Part shown: positions 39,302-49,567 of the stretch, piece after piece | How positions within the stretch are numbered: the stretch's first letter is position 1 | Layout: every line of letters begins with the position of its first letter | DNA from: a virus | Taxonomy: Duplodnaviria > Caudoviricetes | Reading direction: 5' to 3' (one strand) | Virus record (IMG/VR): IMGVR_UViG_3300046779_001188 | Location: 3,492-67,491 of that record | DNA length: 64,000 nucleotides | Made by a program: the position numbers and the translations under genes | Notes under the pieces: generated by a model | Database searches by the model: none | Told to the model about the DNA's origin: nothing | Seen by the model: only the letters and a program-made list of their open reading frames with translations

Positions 39302-39952
39302 TTATGAGCCTAACCACCAGCTTGTAGACACTGCTAGAGAACCAGCTGCACCAGTGGCACCCTGAGGGCCAGTAGATCCACCTTGAGTTTGGATAAACAC
39401 ACCGTTATAGAACACATATGTAATTGCAGTGTTTGTATCAAACCATGCATCACCGTTGACTGCAGAAAGTAGATCTGGCTGAGTAGGGCTAGCTGTGAAC
39501 TTACCGACTGGACCAGTAGGACCAGTAGGACCCGGAACTTCTGATTGAGCACCTGTTGAACCTGTAGGTCCAGTAACACCGCGAGGACCTGTCGGACCTT
39601 GAGGACCAGTTACGTTTGAATCAGCACCAGTAGGACCTGTAAAACCACGAAGACCTTGCTCACCTTGAAGACCTTGAGGTCCTGTTGGTCCTTGAGGACC
39701 AGTTGGTCCCTGCGGACCTTGTGGTCCAGCAACGTCAGAAACAGGTCCTGTAGGACCTGCAATACCTTGAACACCAGTTGGACCTTGAGGACCAGTAGCA
39801 CCCGTTGGTCCCTGAATACCTTGCGGACCAGTAGGACCAGTAGGAGTTACGCGCTTGTTTTCCCAAACTGTCCCAGTCCATACCCAGGTTTGACCGCCAG
39901 AAGTGAATTCTTCACCTACGATAACTGGTGTTGGAAAATCAATCGCTGCCAC
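39302..39952 (-). CDS. Collagen-like protein (216 aa, GTG start)
   Basis: MAAIDFP...[10 protein letters not shown]-terminus and a long G-P/A-T/Q run; GAAAGGA RBS. Confidence 0.85.
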   Translation of the reverse strand: MAAIDFPTPVIVGEEFTSGGQTWVWTGTVWENKRVTPTGPTGPQGIQGPTGATGPQGPTGVQGIAGPTGPVSDVAGPQGPQGPTGPQGPTGPQGLQGEQGLRGFTGPTGADSNVTGPQGPTGPRGVTGPTGSTGAQSEVPGPTGPTGPVGKFTASPTQPDLLSAVNGDAWFDTNTAITYVFYNGVFIQTQGGSTGPQGATGAAGSLAVSTSWWLGS

Positions 39953-39982
39953 TGTTTCGCGTCCTTTCTACTCTAACTGTCT

Positions 39983-39988
39983 ATTGTA
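39983..39988 (-). promoter_or_regulatory. Putative -10 box
   Basis: TACAAT on the - strand upstream of 39952. Confidence 0.4.
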
Positions 39989-40000
39989 CGTTGGAATTGA

Positions 40001-40168
40001 TTAGCCAACATATGGTTCTGAAGCTTCAGAATTTTTCAAAGCAACATAGGCTTCAGCCCATATGCTTGCTGATGCAATAGACTCCCATGGACCGCTCTCG
40101 TCGATGACGTTTGTCCCGTGAAGAATTTGAACCATCGGTCCTTCTTCTATAATGATATAAGAAAACAT
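40001..40168 (-). CDS. Small protein missed by the ORF track (55 aa), possible fibre chaperone
   Basis: MFSYIIIEEGPMVQILHGTNVIDESGPWESIASASIWAEAYVALKNSEASEPYVG*; GGAG upstream; fills the gap between 40175 and 39952. Confidence 0.7.
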   Translation of the reverse strand: MFSYIIIEEGPMVQILHGTNVIDESGPWESIASASIWAEAYVALKNSEASEPYVG

Positions 40169-40174
40169 ACTTCT

Positions 40175-41092
40175 TTAGACTCCTGAATATGCGATTTTGC
40201 CGCCGCTGCCCACTGCAACTGCTACTGAAGCATCTAAATAAACTCCATTGATATTGCTAGTTCCGAATCCCGAGGATCTTTGAATCCATGAAACGCCATC
40301 AATGGAAGTGGCAATTTTTCCAGCAGTTCCACCAGCTATATAAGTTTCAGAATTACCAGAAACCGCTCTTACCTGGGAACCACCAAAAGAGGAGGCAGGA
40401 AATGCCTGAGTCCAAGTTGTTCCATTTGGTGACGTTGCAATCTTTCCAGCGTCTCCAACTGCAATAAATTTTGAGCCAGAGTCGTTTGTAGTGATTCCAA
40501 AAATAGTGCTAGTCACAAATGATGAGCTTCTCTGAGTCCACGAAGTTCCGTTGGAAGAGGTAGCTAGTTTTCCGTCATAGCCAACAGCAACGATAGTTGT
40601 TGGGGTGGCCCAAACAGCATTTATAAATGTAGTACCAAAAGATGATAGACGTTGAACCCACTCAATGCCATCGATAGATGTAGCTAGCTTTCCAGAAGCT
40701 CCTACAGCAATCCAAAGCCCTGCAGAAGGGGCGTAAACAATTCCCAAAATTGCACTAGCACCGAATGAAGAAGCAACTAAAGTCCAATTGACTCCATCAG
40801 ATGATCTAGCCATTTTTCCTGCACTACCACCAATAATGTACTGACCATCTCCATACGCTATGGCATATATATTGCTTCCAGAAAACCCAGAAACAGCAGA
40901 AGTCCATGTAATCAAATTTGAACTAGTAGCAATCTTTCCAGAACTACCAACAGCAACGTACTGACTAGATCCATCCGAGGTAATAGCATTGATGTTAGTT
41001 GTCCCAAATGTGGTGTTGACAACCTGAGTCCATACTGTAGCTAAGAACGGAACTGGTAAAGTCGCATGCATTGCATGGGTGGCGATTAGCAT
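40175..41092 (-). CDS. Seven-repeat Asp-box/BNR beta-propeller protein (305 aa)
   Basis: Seven +AVG..GK+ATS repeats, six followed by a (S.DG..W)-type Asp-box. Confidence 0.85.
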   Translation of the reverse strand: MLIATHAMHATLPVPFLATVWTQVVNTTFGTTNINAITSDGSSQYVAVGSSGKIATSSNLITWTSAVSGFSGSNIYAIAYGDGQYIIGGSAGKMARSSDGVNWTLVASSFGASAILGIVYAPSAGLWIAVGASGKLATSIDGIEWVQRLSSFGTTFINAVWATPTTIVAVGYDGKLATSSNGTSWTQRSSSFVTSTIFGITTNDSGSKFIAVGDAGKIATSPNGTTWTQAFPASSFGGSQVRAVSGNSETYIAGGTAGKIATSIDGVSWIQRSSGFGTSNINGVYLDASVAVAVGSGGKIAYSGV

Positions 41093-41093
41093 G

Positions 41094-42965
41094 TTATGCC
41101 TGTAGGTTTCCGCTCAATAGCCAAGAATTTGCACCAAGCTTGATAAGAGACGCAATGGCGTATCGGTTCTTACTTGTGTAGCGAGCACCTTCACTTAGAA
41201 CGCTAACTCCAGCAGCTCCAGTCACAGAGAAAACTCCAGTACCCAGCTGAGTAAGCACAATCTGAGTTCCTGTATCAAATGTGTAGTCATTAGCTCCATC
41301 AAGTGGAACAGTTACAACTGTTGCTGATGAGCTGTTGATTTTCACAATAGAGGCTTTATCGCTAGAACCTAGAGTTACTGATTGTAGGTACTGAGGACCA
41401 ACCAAGTTGAAGATAGCTGGACCTGTTGGGCCAGTTGGACCTGCAACCGTAGAAGCTGGACCTGTTGGGCCAGTAGGTCCTGGAACTGTAGATGCTGCAC
41501 CAGTAGGACCAGTTATGGCTGGTCCAGTTGGACCAGTAGTTCCTGTAGGTCCTGTAGGGCCAACAATCTTTCCAGAGTTCTGCCAGATGGTTCCGTTCCA
41601 TACCCAAAGGTCGCCAGTAGCTGATACGACATATGCGTCGTTGACTTGGTTTCCACTAGCTGGAAGGTTTACATCATTAGCAACAGTTCCCTTGAACTTG
41701 ATTGATGCACCTTGAGGGCCTGTAGGACCTGTTGGTCCTATCTCTCCAGCACCTAATACTAGATTCCAGCTTGAGTAGGTATTACCGTCACCGTTGATCT
41801 TGTCTACAAGAAGAGTAATCGTGGTTCCATTGATAGAACCAATGATTCCTTCCATGTAATCAGCTGGGAAACTAGCACTTGCAAGACGAGAACGAGTTCC
41901 TACTGCAAATGCAGCAACTTTATTTACAATAAAGTTGAGAGTTCCTGAGGCTATCTCTAAATTGCTAGAAGAAGTTACTCCAATAAAACTTTCACCAGTA
42001 GGACCAGTAGGTCCTGTTACTGATGGACCAGTTGCTCCTGTAGCTCCTGTAGGACCAGGAATCGTTGAAGCAGGTCCTGTTGGACCTGTAACACTTGGAC
42101 CTGTTGGTCCTGGAACTGTAGATGCTGCTCCAGTTGGGCCAGTCGCTCCTGTTGCACCACGAAGACCAGCTGCACCATCTGCACCAGTTGGTCCTGTAGG
42201 GCCAGTAGGACCTGTTGAACCTGTAGGTCCACCAGCAGGTCCAGTTACACCCTGAGCACCTGTAGGACCAGTAGGTCCAGTAATAGAAGGACCAGTAGAT
42301 CCAACAGGACCAGTTGGTCCTACGAATCCGCGAACACCAGTCGGTCCTGTAGCACCACGTTCACCCTGAGGACCAGTAGGTCCAGTCACACCATCAGAAC
42401 CAATAGGACCAGTTGCACCAATAGGACCAGTTGCACCAATAGGTCCTCGTTCACCTTCTGGACCAGTTACACCTTGTGCACCAGTAGGTCCTTGAGGCCC
42501 AGTAGGTCCTGTTACATCTAAACCTTTAGACCCAGTTGGGCCAGTATTTCCCTGAGGACCAGTAGGACCTGTTGGACCAGTTGAACCTGTAGGTCCTAAT
42601 TCAGTACTTTGAGGGCCTGTAGCTCCAGTAGGTCCAGTAGGACCTTCGCTACCACTTAGGCTTGAAGCAGTCTCGACCCAGTAGCTGTCGTAGTATGCAT
42701 AAATTTTTCCAGTTGCTGTGTTGAACCAAGTATCACCCTCGGCTGCACCTGATGGAGGAGTATCCGCTGCAAGAAGGAAGGTTCCTTTTGAACCTGTAGG
42801 TCCAGTTACATTAGATGCTTCACCTTGAGGACCAGTCGGTCCAGTAGGACCAACAACTTCTGAAATAACAAGGTCCCAAGAGGTACCGCTCCAAATCCAT
42901 GTTTGGACTCCAGAAGTAAATACATCATTTACTTGAGGGGAGTTAGGAAAATCAATAGCTGCCAT
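41094..42965 (-). CDS. Collagen-like fibre with adaptor-type C-terminal domain (623 aa)
   Basis: MAAIDFP N-terminus, long GPT runs, C-terminal domain ending SWLLSGNL. Confidence 0.85.
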   Translation of the reverse strand: MAAIDFPNSPQVNDVFTSGVQTWIWSGTSWDLVISEVVGPTGPTGPQGEASNVTGPTGSKGTFLLAADTPPSGAAEGDTWFNTATGKIYAYYDSYWVETASSLSGSEGPTGPTGATGPQSTELGPTGSTGPTGPTGPQGNTGPTGSKGLDVTGPTGPQGPTGAQGVTGPEGERGPIGATGPIGATGPIGSDGVTGPTGPQGERGATGPTGVRGFVGPTGPVGSTGPSITGPTGPTGAQGVTGPAGGPTGSTGPTGPTGPTGADGAAGLRGATGATGPTGAASTVPGPTGPSVTGPTGPASTIPGPTGATGATGPSVTGPTGPTGESFIGVTSSSNLEIASGTLNFIVNKVAAFAVGTRSRLASASFPADYMEGIIGSINGTTITLLVDKINGDGNTYSSWNLVLGAGEIGPTGPTGPQGASIKFKGTVANDVNLPASGNQVNDAYVVSATGDLWVWNGTIWQNSGKIVGPTGPTGTTGPTGPAITGPTGAASTVPGPTGPTGPASTVAGPTGPTGPAIFNLVGPQYLQSVTLGSSDKASIVKINSSSATVVTVPLDGANDYTFDTGTQIVLTQLGTGVFSVTGAAGVSVLSEGARYTSKNRYAIASLIKLGANSWLLSGNLQA

Positions 42966-42978
42966 TTGTCTCTCCTAA

Positions 42979-43680
42979 CTACAGTGCTGACTCGTAAGTG
43001 AATTGAATAAGAATTTTGTCATTGCCGCTGAACAAGAATGGAGTATCAGCTGTCACAGCTGCACCTTCTACGAATGTCGCGCTCTGTGAGTGCATAAACA
43101 ATTCAACTCTGTTTCCATTATTGTTGTTGAAAATCGCTGTACCGAAGTAGGTAATACCAGGACCTTCATCGCGCATAACGACTTGACCTACTGGCTGGTA
43201 GTTTTCAAAAATACCAGCTGCTGGCAGACTTACAGAATAAGTTCCAGATCCTCTGTTGAATCCAGAAGTTCCTGCAATAATTCTAATTTCCCCGAAAACA
43301 GTAGCTCCAACATATGCATATCTTCCAGTAATAGAACCGTTACCAATTACTGGATTAGTTGTGCTTCCGTATAAAACTGGTACATATGTAGTCCATGCAG
43401 CAATTGCAAATTCGCCTGTTGCACCTGTAGGACCTGTTGGTCCTGGGACTACAGATGGAAGACCGTCAGGGCCAGCAGGGCCTTGTGGTCCAGTAGGTCC
43501 TGTAGGTCCTGTAGCACCAATAGCTGTTGAGTCAAGACCTGCTGGGCCAGTTGGGCCTGTAGGTCCTTGAGCACTTGTTCTAACTAGACGCCAAGAGGTT
43601 CCGTTCCATACATAGGTCTGGATTCCATTGGTGTATTCCTGACCCACAGTGGGGTTTAGCGGAAAGTCAATCGCTGGCAC
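42979..43680 (-). CDS. Collagen-like fibre with C-terminal receptor-binding-type head (233 aa, GTG start)
   Basis: MPAIDFP N-terminus; GPT repeats; WTTYVP.L...[13 protein letters not shown] head typical of phage fibre tips. Confidence 0.85.
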   Translation of the reverse strand: MPAIDFPLNPTVGQEYTNGIQTYVWNGTSWRLVRTSAQGPTGPTGPAGLDSTAIGATGPTGPTGPQGPAGPDGLPSVVPGPTGPTGATGEFAIAAWTTYVPVLYGSTTNPVIGNGSITGRYAYVGATVFGEIRIIAGTSGFNRGSGTYSVSLPAAGIFENYQPVGQVVMRDEGPGITYFGTAIFNNNNGNRVELFMHSQSATFVEGAAVTADTPFLFSGNDKILIQFTYESAL

Positions 43681-43705
43681 GTTAGTTACCTCCTCTTCTT
43701 ATCTA

Positions 43706-46700
43706 TTAGGTCAGTGAAATATATGAACCAGTGATGTACAAGCTGGTTGCAGTGGTTAGTGTAGTTGGAGCAGTTCCAGTTATTGGTGTCAAAACTCCGT
43801 TTGAACCTGGATAGTACAACTTAGCTGTCGCAGATCCTTCAGTAGTCAATGCAATAACGTCATACATGGCACCACTCTGTGATCCAGCGATATCTAGAAC
43901 ACCGCTTAGTTGAACTGCTTGTACTGCCTGAGGTAGTTGAGGAAGTGTCACTGTCAACTGAGACGCTCCAAAACTAGAACTGGTATACAGAATACGAATT
44001 CCAACAGTTACGTCCTGTCCATACTTTACATATGAACCAAAGACAGATGGAGTACCTGTAACTCCACCAGCTACTGGTGTATAAGAAACATAGTTTGGCT
44101 CACCGACTGGGCCTTCAGCACCTGTTGGGCCTGTAGGACCAATCTTGTCTACAATATCGATAACACCAGAGATGTTGGTGTCAGATACGTCTACGAACAC
44201 AATCGATGAAGGTGCGTTCAATGGAACGTCATACACGATAGTTGTGTCTGTGCTTGCACCAGTACGACCAGATACAGGAGAGTTGTTGCTTGTTCCTGGA
44301 ACCGTTGAGTTCGAGAACTGAGACAAACGCAGTGCAAATGGGTTTGCTGTCAATACTTGACTGACGTCAAAGTAAACGCGCTCGCCGCGAACAACTGTCA
44401 AAGTAGGGTTATCTCCAACCACACCTTCAACTTGATAAGAACCAGCATCACCAGTAGATGTAACTCTAAATGTCACACCGCCTTTAGGACCAGTAGGACC
44501 AAATGGACCTGTTGGGCCAGTTGGACCTGGCTGAGTAGATGCAGGGCCAGTTGGACCTGTTACTCCAGGACCAGTAGGACCTGTAGGACCAACAATCTGT
44601 CCAACATTGTTCCAGCTGTCGCCATCCCAAACATACAAGTCACCATCAGCATCAACAGCACGACCATCATTGATGGTGTTACCAGTTGATGGGAGGTCAC
44701 CAATAGTTGCAACACTTGCCCTCATTGTGATTGAAACACCTTGAGGACCAGTAGGTCCTGTAATGCCAGGACCTGTAGGTCCTGTAGGTCCCGGTACTGT
44801 AGAAGCCGCTCCTGTTGGACCAGAAGGACCAATCAGAGGTCCACCATCAATCCAACCATTATTGGTTGTGTAGATGTAGATAGTGTCTTCTTCGTAAATT
44901 ACATAGAAGTCACCAGCAACTCCTGCGGATGAACCAGCACCTGCAATAAAGTCTGCATAAGTGTTGTAGTAACCCTTAGCTTGCGATCCCAAACCTTGTG
45001 GGCCAGTTGGGCCAGTCACAATAGGTCCAGTAGCACCAGTTGCACCAGTAGGACCTACAAAACGTCCTTGGTTAGTCCAAGCACTTCCATTCCAAATGTG
45101 TAGGTTTCCAGTGTCAGTAACAATATACGCATCGTTATATGTGTTGTTGCTACTTGGCAACTGCGAAGCACTAGAGAGTGTTCCCTTGAAAGTGATGGAT
45201 TGTCCTTGTGGACCAGTAGGGCCTGTTGCACCTGTGTTACCTGTTGCACCTTGAGGACCAGTAGCTCCACCAAATTCTGATGTACCTACTTCAACCCAGT
45301 AACCATCGTAATAAACATAGACAGCACCAGTTGTAGTTTCAAACCAGACTTGGCCTGGTTCAGGATTCTCTGGTGGTGTATCAGCCTTAGGGATGAATTC
45401 ACCAGTAGCTCCAGTAGGTCCAGTTACATTGGAATCTGCACCTGTTGCACCTGTAGGACCAGTAGGACCAGTTGGACCAACGACGTTTGATGGAGCACCT
45501 GTAGCACCAGTTGCACCAGTAGCACCGATCGAACCAGTTGGTCCAGTTTCACCCTGAATACCTTGCGCACCAGTAGCACCAGTAGCACCTGTAGGACCCT
45601 GAGGACCAGTTACACCACGGTAACCAGTAGGTCCTGTTGGACCTGTATCGCCTTGAGGACCTGGAACTGTTGAATTCTCGCCTTGAGGACCAGTTGGACC
45701 AGTAGGTCCCACTGGAGCTGCACCAGTCTCAATCCAGTAACCATCGAAATAGACATAAGTTTTTCCGTTGTTACTGTTGAACCATGCGTCGCCTTGATCT
45801 GGATTGGATGGAGGAGTGTCTGCATCTGTTGCAAAACTACCTAGTTCACCTTGCGCACCAGTAGCACCAGTTATACCTTGAGGTCCTTGCGCACCAGTAG
45901 CACCTGTAGGACCTTGAGGGCCTTGAATGTTTCCAACGTTGTCCCACTCAAGACCGATAGCATCCCAAACGTAGAGGTCACCATTTACAAGGTAACCATC
46001 TCCTTCGTTTCCTGTTGGTTGCGCAGCTTGTAGGGCTTCTAGTGATGGGTATGAACCAAGAATGGTTACACCAATACCAGCAATACCTTGCGCACCAGTA
46101 GCACCAGTTGCACCTGTAGGTCCGACTTCACCTTGTGGTCCAGTGACACCTTGAATACCTTGGTCACCTGTGGCACCAGTAGCACCTGTAGCACCTGTTG
46201 GGCCAGTTACACCCTGAATACCTTGCTCACCTTGAGGACCTGTTGCTCCAGTTGGACCAACTTCGCCCTGAGGCCCAGTTACACCTTGCTCACCTTGTGG
46301 TCCTGTAGCACCTGTAGGTCCGACTTCACCTTGGGCACCTGTAGGACCGACTTCACCTTGAGAACCTGTAGCACCTGTTGCACCGACGAAAGAGTAGTTA
46401 TCCCAATAAACTCCAAGAGAACCTGTTGGAACAATTGCATCGTTTGGTGCAATACAGATGTAGTAGTTTCCAGAGTAGAAAACAATTTCGCCTACTTGGT
46501 AACCATTTGGATCTAAACGAGTTGGGTCCCACTCAAAGGCGTCAATACCCTGTGCTCCTGTTGGCCCTGTAGGTCCGACTTCACCCTGCGCACCTGTAGC
46601 ACCTGTTGGACCAGCAACAGTTGAATCAGCACCAGTAGGTCCAACTTCACCCTGTGGACCAGTAGGTCCTTGTGGTCCAGTTGCACCTGTTGGGCCTGTA

Positions 46701-49456
46701 GAACCAACTGCTGTTGAATCAAGACCAGCAGGTCCTTGCGCACCAGTAGCACCAGTAGCACCTGTAGGACCTGTTGGTCCCTGAACTGTGGAATCTGCAC
46801 CAGTTGCACCAGTAGCACCTGTAGGGCCCATTGCACCTGTAGGACCAGTTTCACCTTGGATACCCTGAGGACCCATGTCACCTGTGCGAGCAAAGGTAAC
46901 AATAATGTCTTCATTGTTATCGAATGATGTTGCAAGACCGCTTACATAAGAAACTGGAACTGTGAAGTATCCACTTTCCTCGACAATTGAACCTGTGATT
47001 GTGAAAAGCGCAAAGTCAGTTGAGTTTGTCTTGTTGCTGATTCGCATGTGACCCTTGATTGGGTTTGTCGAATCATCGATGGTACGAAGGAATGGCTGAA
47101 TATCAATTGCGCCATCAACTTCGTCGTCGATAAACATGTATGTCGCAGCTTGTAGGTCTGCGTTGTTGAAGCGAAGCTTTCCAGTTCCTGGGTCTGCCTC
47201 AGTTGTAGTGGAGGAGAAGGTGTAGTCAAATGTTGCTCCACCAAAGTTACCTGTTGAACCCTGAGGACCTGTTGCACCTGTTGGTCCTTGAGAACCACTT
47301 GCTCCTGTAGCACCAGTAGCACCTGTTGCTCCATCAAGACCAGCAGCTCCAGTTGCTCCTGTAGGTCCTACAGCCCCTGTAGGTCCCTGAGGTCCTGTGT
47401 CTCCAGTTGCTCCTGTAGCTCCTGTGGCACCAGCTGATCCAGTTGGGCCCACATCTCCTTGAGCTCCAGTTGGTCCAGTTGCTCCCGCTGCTCCTGTGCT
47501 TCCTTGAGCACCTGTAGGTCCAACCGCGCCTGTGGCACCAGTCTCGCCTTGAATTCCTTGTGCACCTGTTGCTCCCGTCGCGCCTGTGGCACCTGTTGCA
47601 CCAGTCGCACCAGTGTCACCTTTGTCACCAGTACGAGCAAATGTGATTACTACATCTGCACCATTTGAGTATGAAGTTGCAAGACCATCAAGGTGTGAAA
47701 CTGGAATCTTGAAGTATCCAGATGCCTCAACACTTGCGCCAGTAATTGCGTAGAACGCAAAGCTATTTGAATCGCTCTTTAGCGATATGCGAAGGTGACC
47801 CTTGATTGCAGATGTTGAGTCATCAATTGTTCGCAAGTAGTTTTGAATATCGATTGCGCCATCAGATTCATCATCAATGAAAAGATAAGTTGCGCTTGTT
47901 AGGTTGGCATTGTTGAACTTGAGAGTTCCACTACCTGGGTCTGTGTCACCAGTGTTGTCGCTAAATGTGTAGTCGAGTGTGACTCCACCAAATTGTCCAG
48001 TAGCACCAGTAGCACCAGTTGGTCCCGCAACAGTAGAAGCCGCTCCAGTCGGACCGACTTCACCTTGGGCACCTGTAGGACCGACAGCTCCAGTTGGACC
48101 TGTCTCTCCTTGAATACCTTGAATACCCTGAGCACCTGTGGCTCCCGTAGCTCCTGTGGCACCAGTTGCACCTGTTGCACCAGTTAGACCTACTCCTGTA
48201 GCACCTGTTGCACCAGTAGGACCAACATCTCCTTGGTCACCCTTTACACCCTGCGCACCTGTAGGGCCTTGCTCACCTTGAGCTCCCGTTGCACCCGTTG
48301 CGCCAGTGGCACCAGTCGCTCCTGTTGCTCCCGCTTCACCCTGTGCACCAGTTGGACCAGCTACTGTGCTTGCTGCACCAGTAGGACCTGTTGGACCCTG
48401 CTCACCTTGTGCACCAGTTGGACCTGTATCACCCTTTGCACCAACATCACCAACACGAGCAAAAGTAAGAATTACATCGTCGTTGTTGTCGAACGCAGTT
48501 GCAAGACCGCTTAGGTAAGTTACATTTACCTTGAAATAGCCTGTGTCTTCTGTATAACCATCGACAGCAAGCATTGCAAAGTAGTTTGAATCTCCCTTAC
48601 GAGAAATGCGAATGTGGCCCTTCAACTCGCTGGTTGAAGCCATCATTGTTGTTAGAAGACTTTGAACATCAATCGCGCCATCTTGCTCATCATCGATGAA
48701 CATGTAGGTCGCAGAAGCAAGATCAGAATTGTTGAATTTGACTCGACCAGAACCTGGGTCTGAGTCTGTTGTGTTTGTTGAGAATGTGTAATCAACAGTT
48801 ACACCACCGAACTGACCAGCAGGACCTGTTGCACCTGTTGGACCAGTTACATTGCTAGCTGCACCTGTAGCTCCAGTAGGGCCAACTTCACCCTGTGGAC
48901 CTGTTGGTCCTGGAACAGTGCTTGCAGCTCCTGTAGCACCTGTGGCTCCCGTAGGACCTGCAACGCCAGCTGCACCTGTAGGACCTGTTGCTCCTTGTGC
49001 ACCTGTACTACCTGTTGGTCCACCAGCGGGACCCGCTGGGCCTGTTGGACCTTGAGGACCTGCGGGTCCGACTTGACCTGTACGAACGTCAAGACCTGCA
49101 GGGGATGAGGTGATACGGTCAACCGTATCTAGCTTTGTAATATCAATGTCAGTTTCATTACCGATAGGAAGGTAGAAACGAATTTCACGCGCACGGGAGC
49201 CAGAGATGCGAAGTTTTGCGGTCCAATACCAACCGCGAGGGCTCAAATCAAGATCATCAGTACATGGCAACTCGACAGAAAACTGACCCTGACTGTCAAG
49301 AGATGCAACTATAGGAGTAGAAACGATGATTTCATCGTCGATATTCTGAATTGTGTTCGAAGCTGTAAACGTTACTGTTCCAGATGCAGGCGAGCCAGAG
49401 CTCTTTAGGAACTGACCGACAACATTTCTAGTGTTCACGTCGGGGGAAAAACTCAT
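43706..49456 (-). CDS. Giant collagen-like tail/capsid fibre (about 1916 aa)
   Basis: N-terminal anchor domain (F..S.G.PA.G.VTFT...LD..G.FSV.LP.TDD..L.P.GW.W); many GPT/GAT triplets; three tandem about 125-aa domains. ATG 49456 has GGAG 8 nt upstream; the track start is GTG 49465. Confidence 0.88.
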   Translation of the reverse strand: MSFSPDVNTRNVVGQFLKSSGSPASGTVTFTASNTIQNIDDEIIVSTPIVASLDSQGQFSVELPCTDDLDLSPRGWYWTAKLRISGSRAREIRFYLPIGNETDIDITKLDTVDRITSSPAGLDVRTGQVGPAGPQGPTGPAGPAGGPTGSTGAQGATGPTGAAGVAGPTGATGATGAASTVPGPTGPQGEVGPTGATGAASNVTGPTGATGPAGQFGGVTVDYTFSTNTTDSDPGSGRVKFNNSDLASATYMFIDDEQDGAIDVQSLLTTMMASTSELKGHIRISRKGDSNYFAMLAVDGYTEDTGYFKVNVTYLSGLATAFDNNDDVILTFARVGDVGAKGDTGPTGAQGEQGPTGPTGAASTVAGPTGAQGEAGATGATGATGATGATGAQGEQGPTGAQGVKGDQGDVGPTGATGATGVGLTGATGATGATGATGATGAQGIQGIQGETGPTGAVGPTGAQGEVGPTGAASTVAGPTGATGATGQFGGVTLDYTFSDNTGDTDPGSGTLKFNNANLTSATYLFIDDESDGAIDIQNYLRTIDDSTSAIKGHLRISLKSDSNSFAFYAITGASVEASGYFKIPVSHLDGLATSYSNGADVVITFARTGDKGDTGATGATGATGATGATGAQGIQGETGATGAVGPTGAQGSTGAAGATGPTGAQGDVGPTGSAGATGATGATGDTGPQGPTGAVGPTGATGAAGLDGATGATGATGASGSQGPTGATGPQGSTGNFGGATFDYTFSSTTTEADPGTGKLRFNNADLQAATYMFIDDEVDGAIDIQPFLRTIDDSTNPIKGHMRISNKTNSTDFALFTITGSIVEESGYFTVPVSYVSGLATSFDNNEDIIVTFARTGDMGPQGIQGETGPTGAMGPTGATGATGADSTVQGPTGPTGATGATGAQGPAGLDSTAVGSTGPTGATGPQGPTGPQGEVGPTGADSTVAGPTGATGAQGEVGPTGPTGAQGIDAFEWDPTRLDPNGYQVGEIVFYSGNYYICIAPNDAIVPTGSLGVYWDNYSFVGATGATGSQGEVGPTGAQGEVGPTGATGPQGEQGVTGPQGEVGPTGATGPQGEQGIQGVTGPTGATGATGATGDQGIQGVTGPQGEVGPTGATGATGAQGIAGIGVTILGSYPSLEALQAAQPTGNEGDGYLVNGDLYVWDAIGLEWDNVGNIQGPQGPTGATGAQGPQGITGATGAQGELGSFATDADTPPSNPDQGDAWFNSNNGKTYVYFDGYWIETGAAPVGPTGPTGPQGENSTVPGPQGDTGPTGPTGYRGVTGPQGPTGATGATGAQGIQGETGPTGSIGATGATGATGAPSNVVGPTGPTGPTGATGADSNVTGPTGATGEFIPKADTPPENPEPGQVWFETTTGAVYVYYDGYWVEVGTSEFGGATGPQGATGNTGATGPTGPQGQSITFKGTLSSASQLPSSNNTYNDAYIVTDTGNLHIWNGSAWTNQGRFVGPTGATGATGPIVTGPTGPQGLGSQAKGYYNTYADFIAGAGSSAGVAGDFYVIYEEDTIYIYTTNNGWIDGGPLIGPSGPTGAASTVPGPTGPTGPGITGPTGPQGVSITMRASVATIGDLPSTGNTINDGRAVDADGDLYVWDGDSWNNVGQIVGPTGPTGPGVTGPTGPASTQPGPTGPTGPFGPTGPKGGVTFRVTSTGDAGSYQVEGVVGDNPTLTVVRGERVYFDVSQVLTANPFALRLSQFSNSTVPGTSNNSPVSGRTGASTDTTIVYDVPLNAPSSIVFVDVSDTNISGVIDIVDKIGPTGPTGAEGPVGEPNYVSYTPVAGGVTGTPSVFGSYVKYGQDVTVGIRILYTSSSFGASQLTVTLPQLPQAVQAVQLSGVLDIAGSQSGAMYDVIALTTEGSATAKLYYPGSNGVLTPITGTAPTTLTTATSLYITGSYISLT

Positions 49457-49527
49457 GGGCGGCACTCCAGGTCTAAGTGGCGTATGTGGTTATTTGCACA
49501 GGGCAGCAAATCTCCAGATTGATTCTT

Positions 49528-49533
49528 ATTGTA
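49528..49533 (-). promoter_or_regulatory. Putative -10 box
   Basis: TACAAT on the - strand upstream of the giant collagen gene. Confidence 0.4.
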
Positions 49534-49567
49534 CGCGGTTTCGCTCATGCCTATCTGAAAATTAGCA

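Noticed and set aside
24134-42980. Identical 18-mer CATTTGTCTCTCCTAACT at 24134-51 and 42963-80
   Set aside because: It is essentially a shared AGGAGA RBS plus start codon, with similar versions at other gene starts; insufficient evidence for a recombination site.
39500-49100. Dense GGACC/GGTCC short repeats resembling an array
   Set aside because: They are codon-level collagen repeats inside ORFs, with no constant repeat and unique spacer structure; not CRISPR.
25900-49122. Many alternative-frame and antisense ORFs in collagen regions (e.g. 28898-29167, 41935-42255, 46088-46516; PVGPVAP- or TSRTC-rich)
   Set aside because: They are shadows of repetitive Gly-Pro-Thr codons, which lack stops in other frames; they have no RBS and fully overlap real genes.
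24164-49456. Diversity-generating retroelement acting on fibre tips
   Set aside because: No reverse transcriptase and no TR/VR pair with adenine-specific mismatches was recognised in the window.
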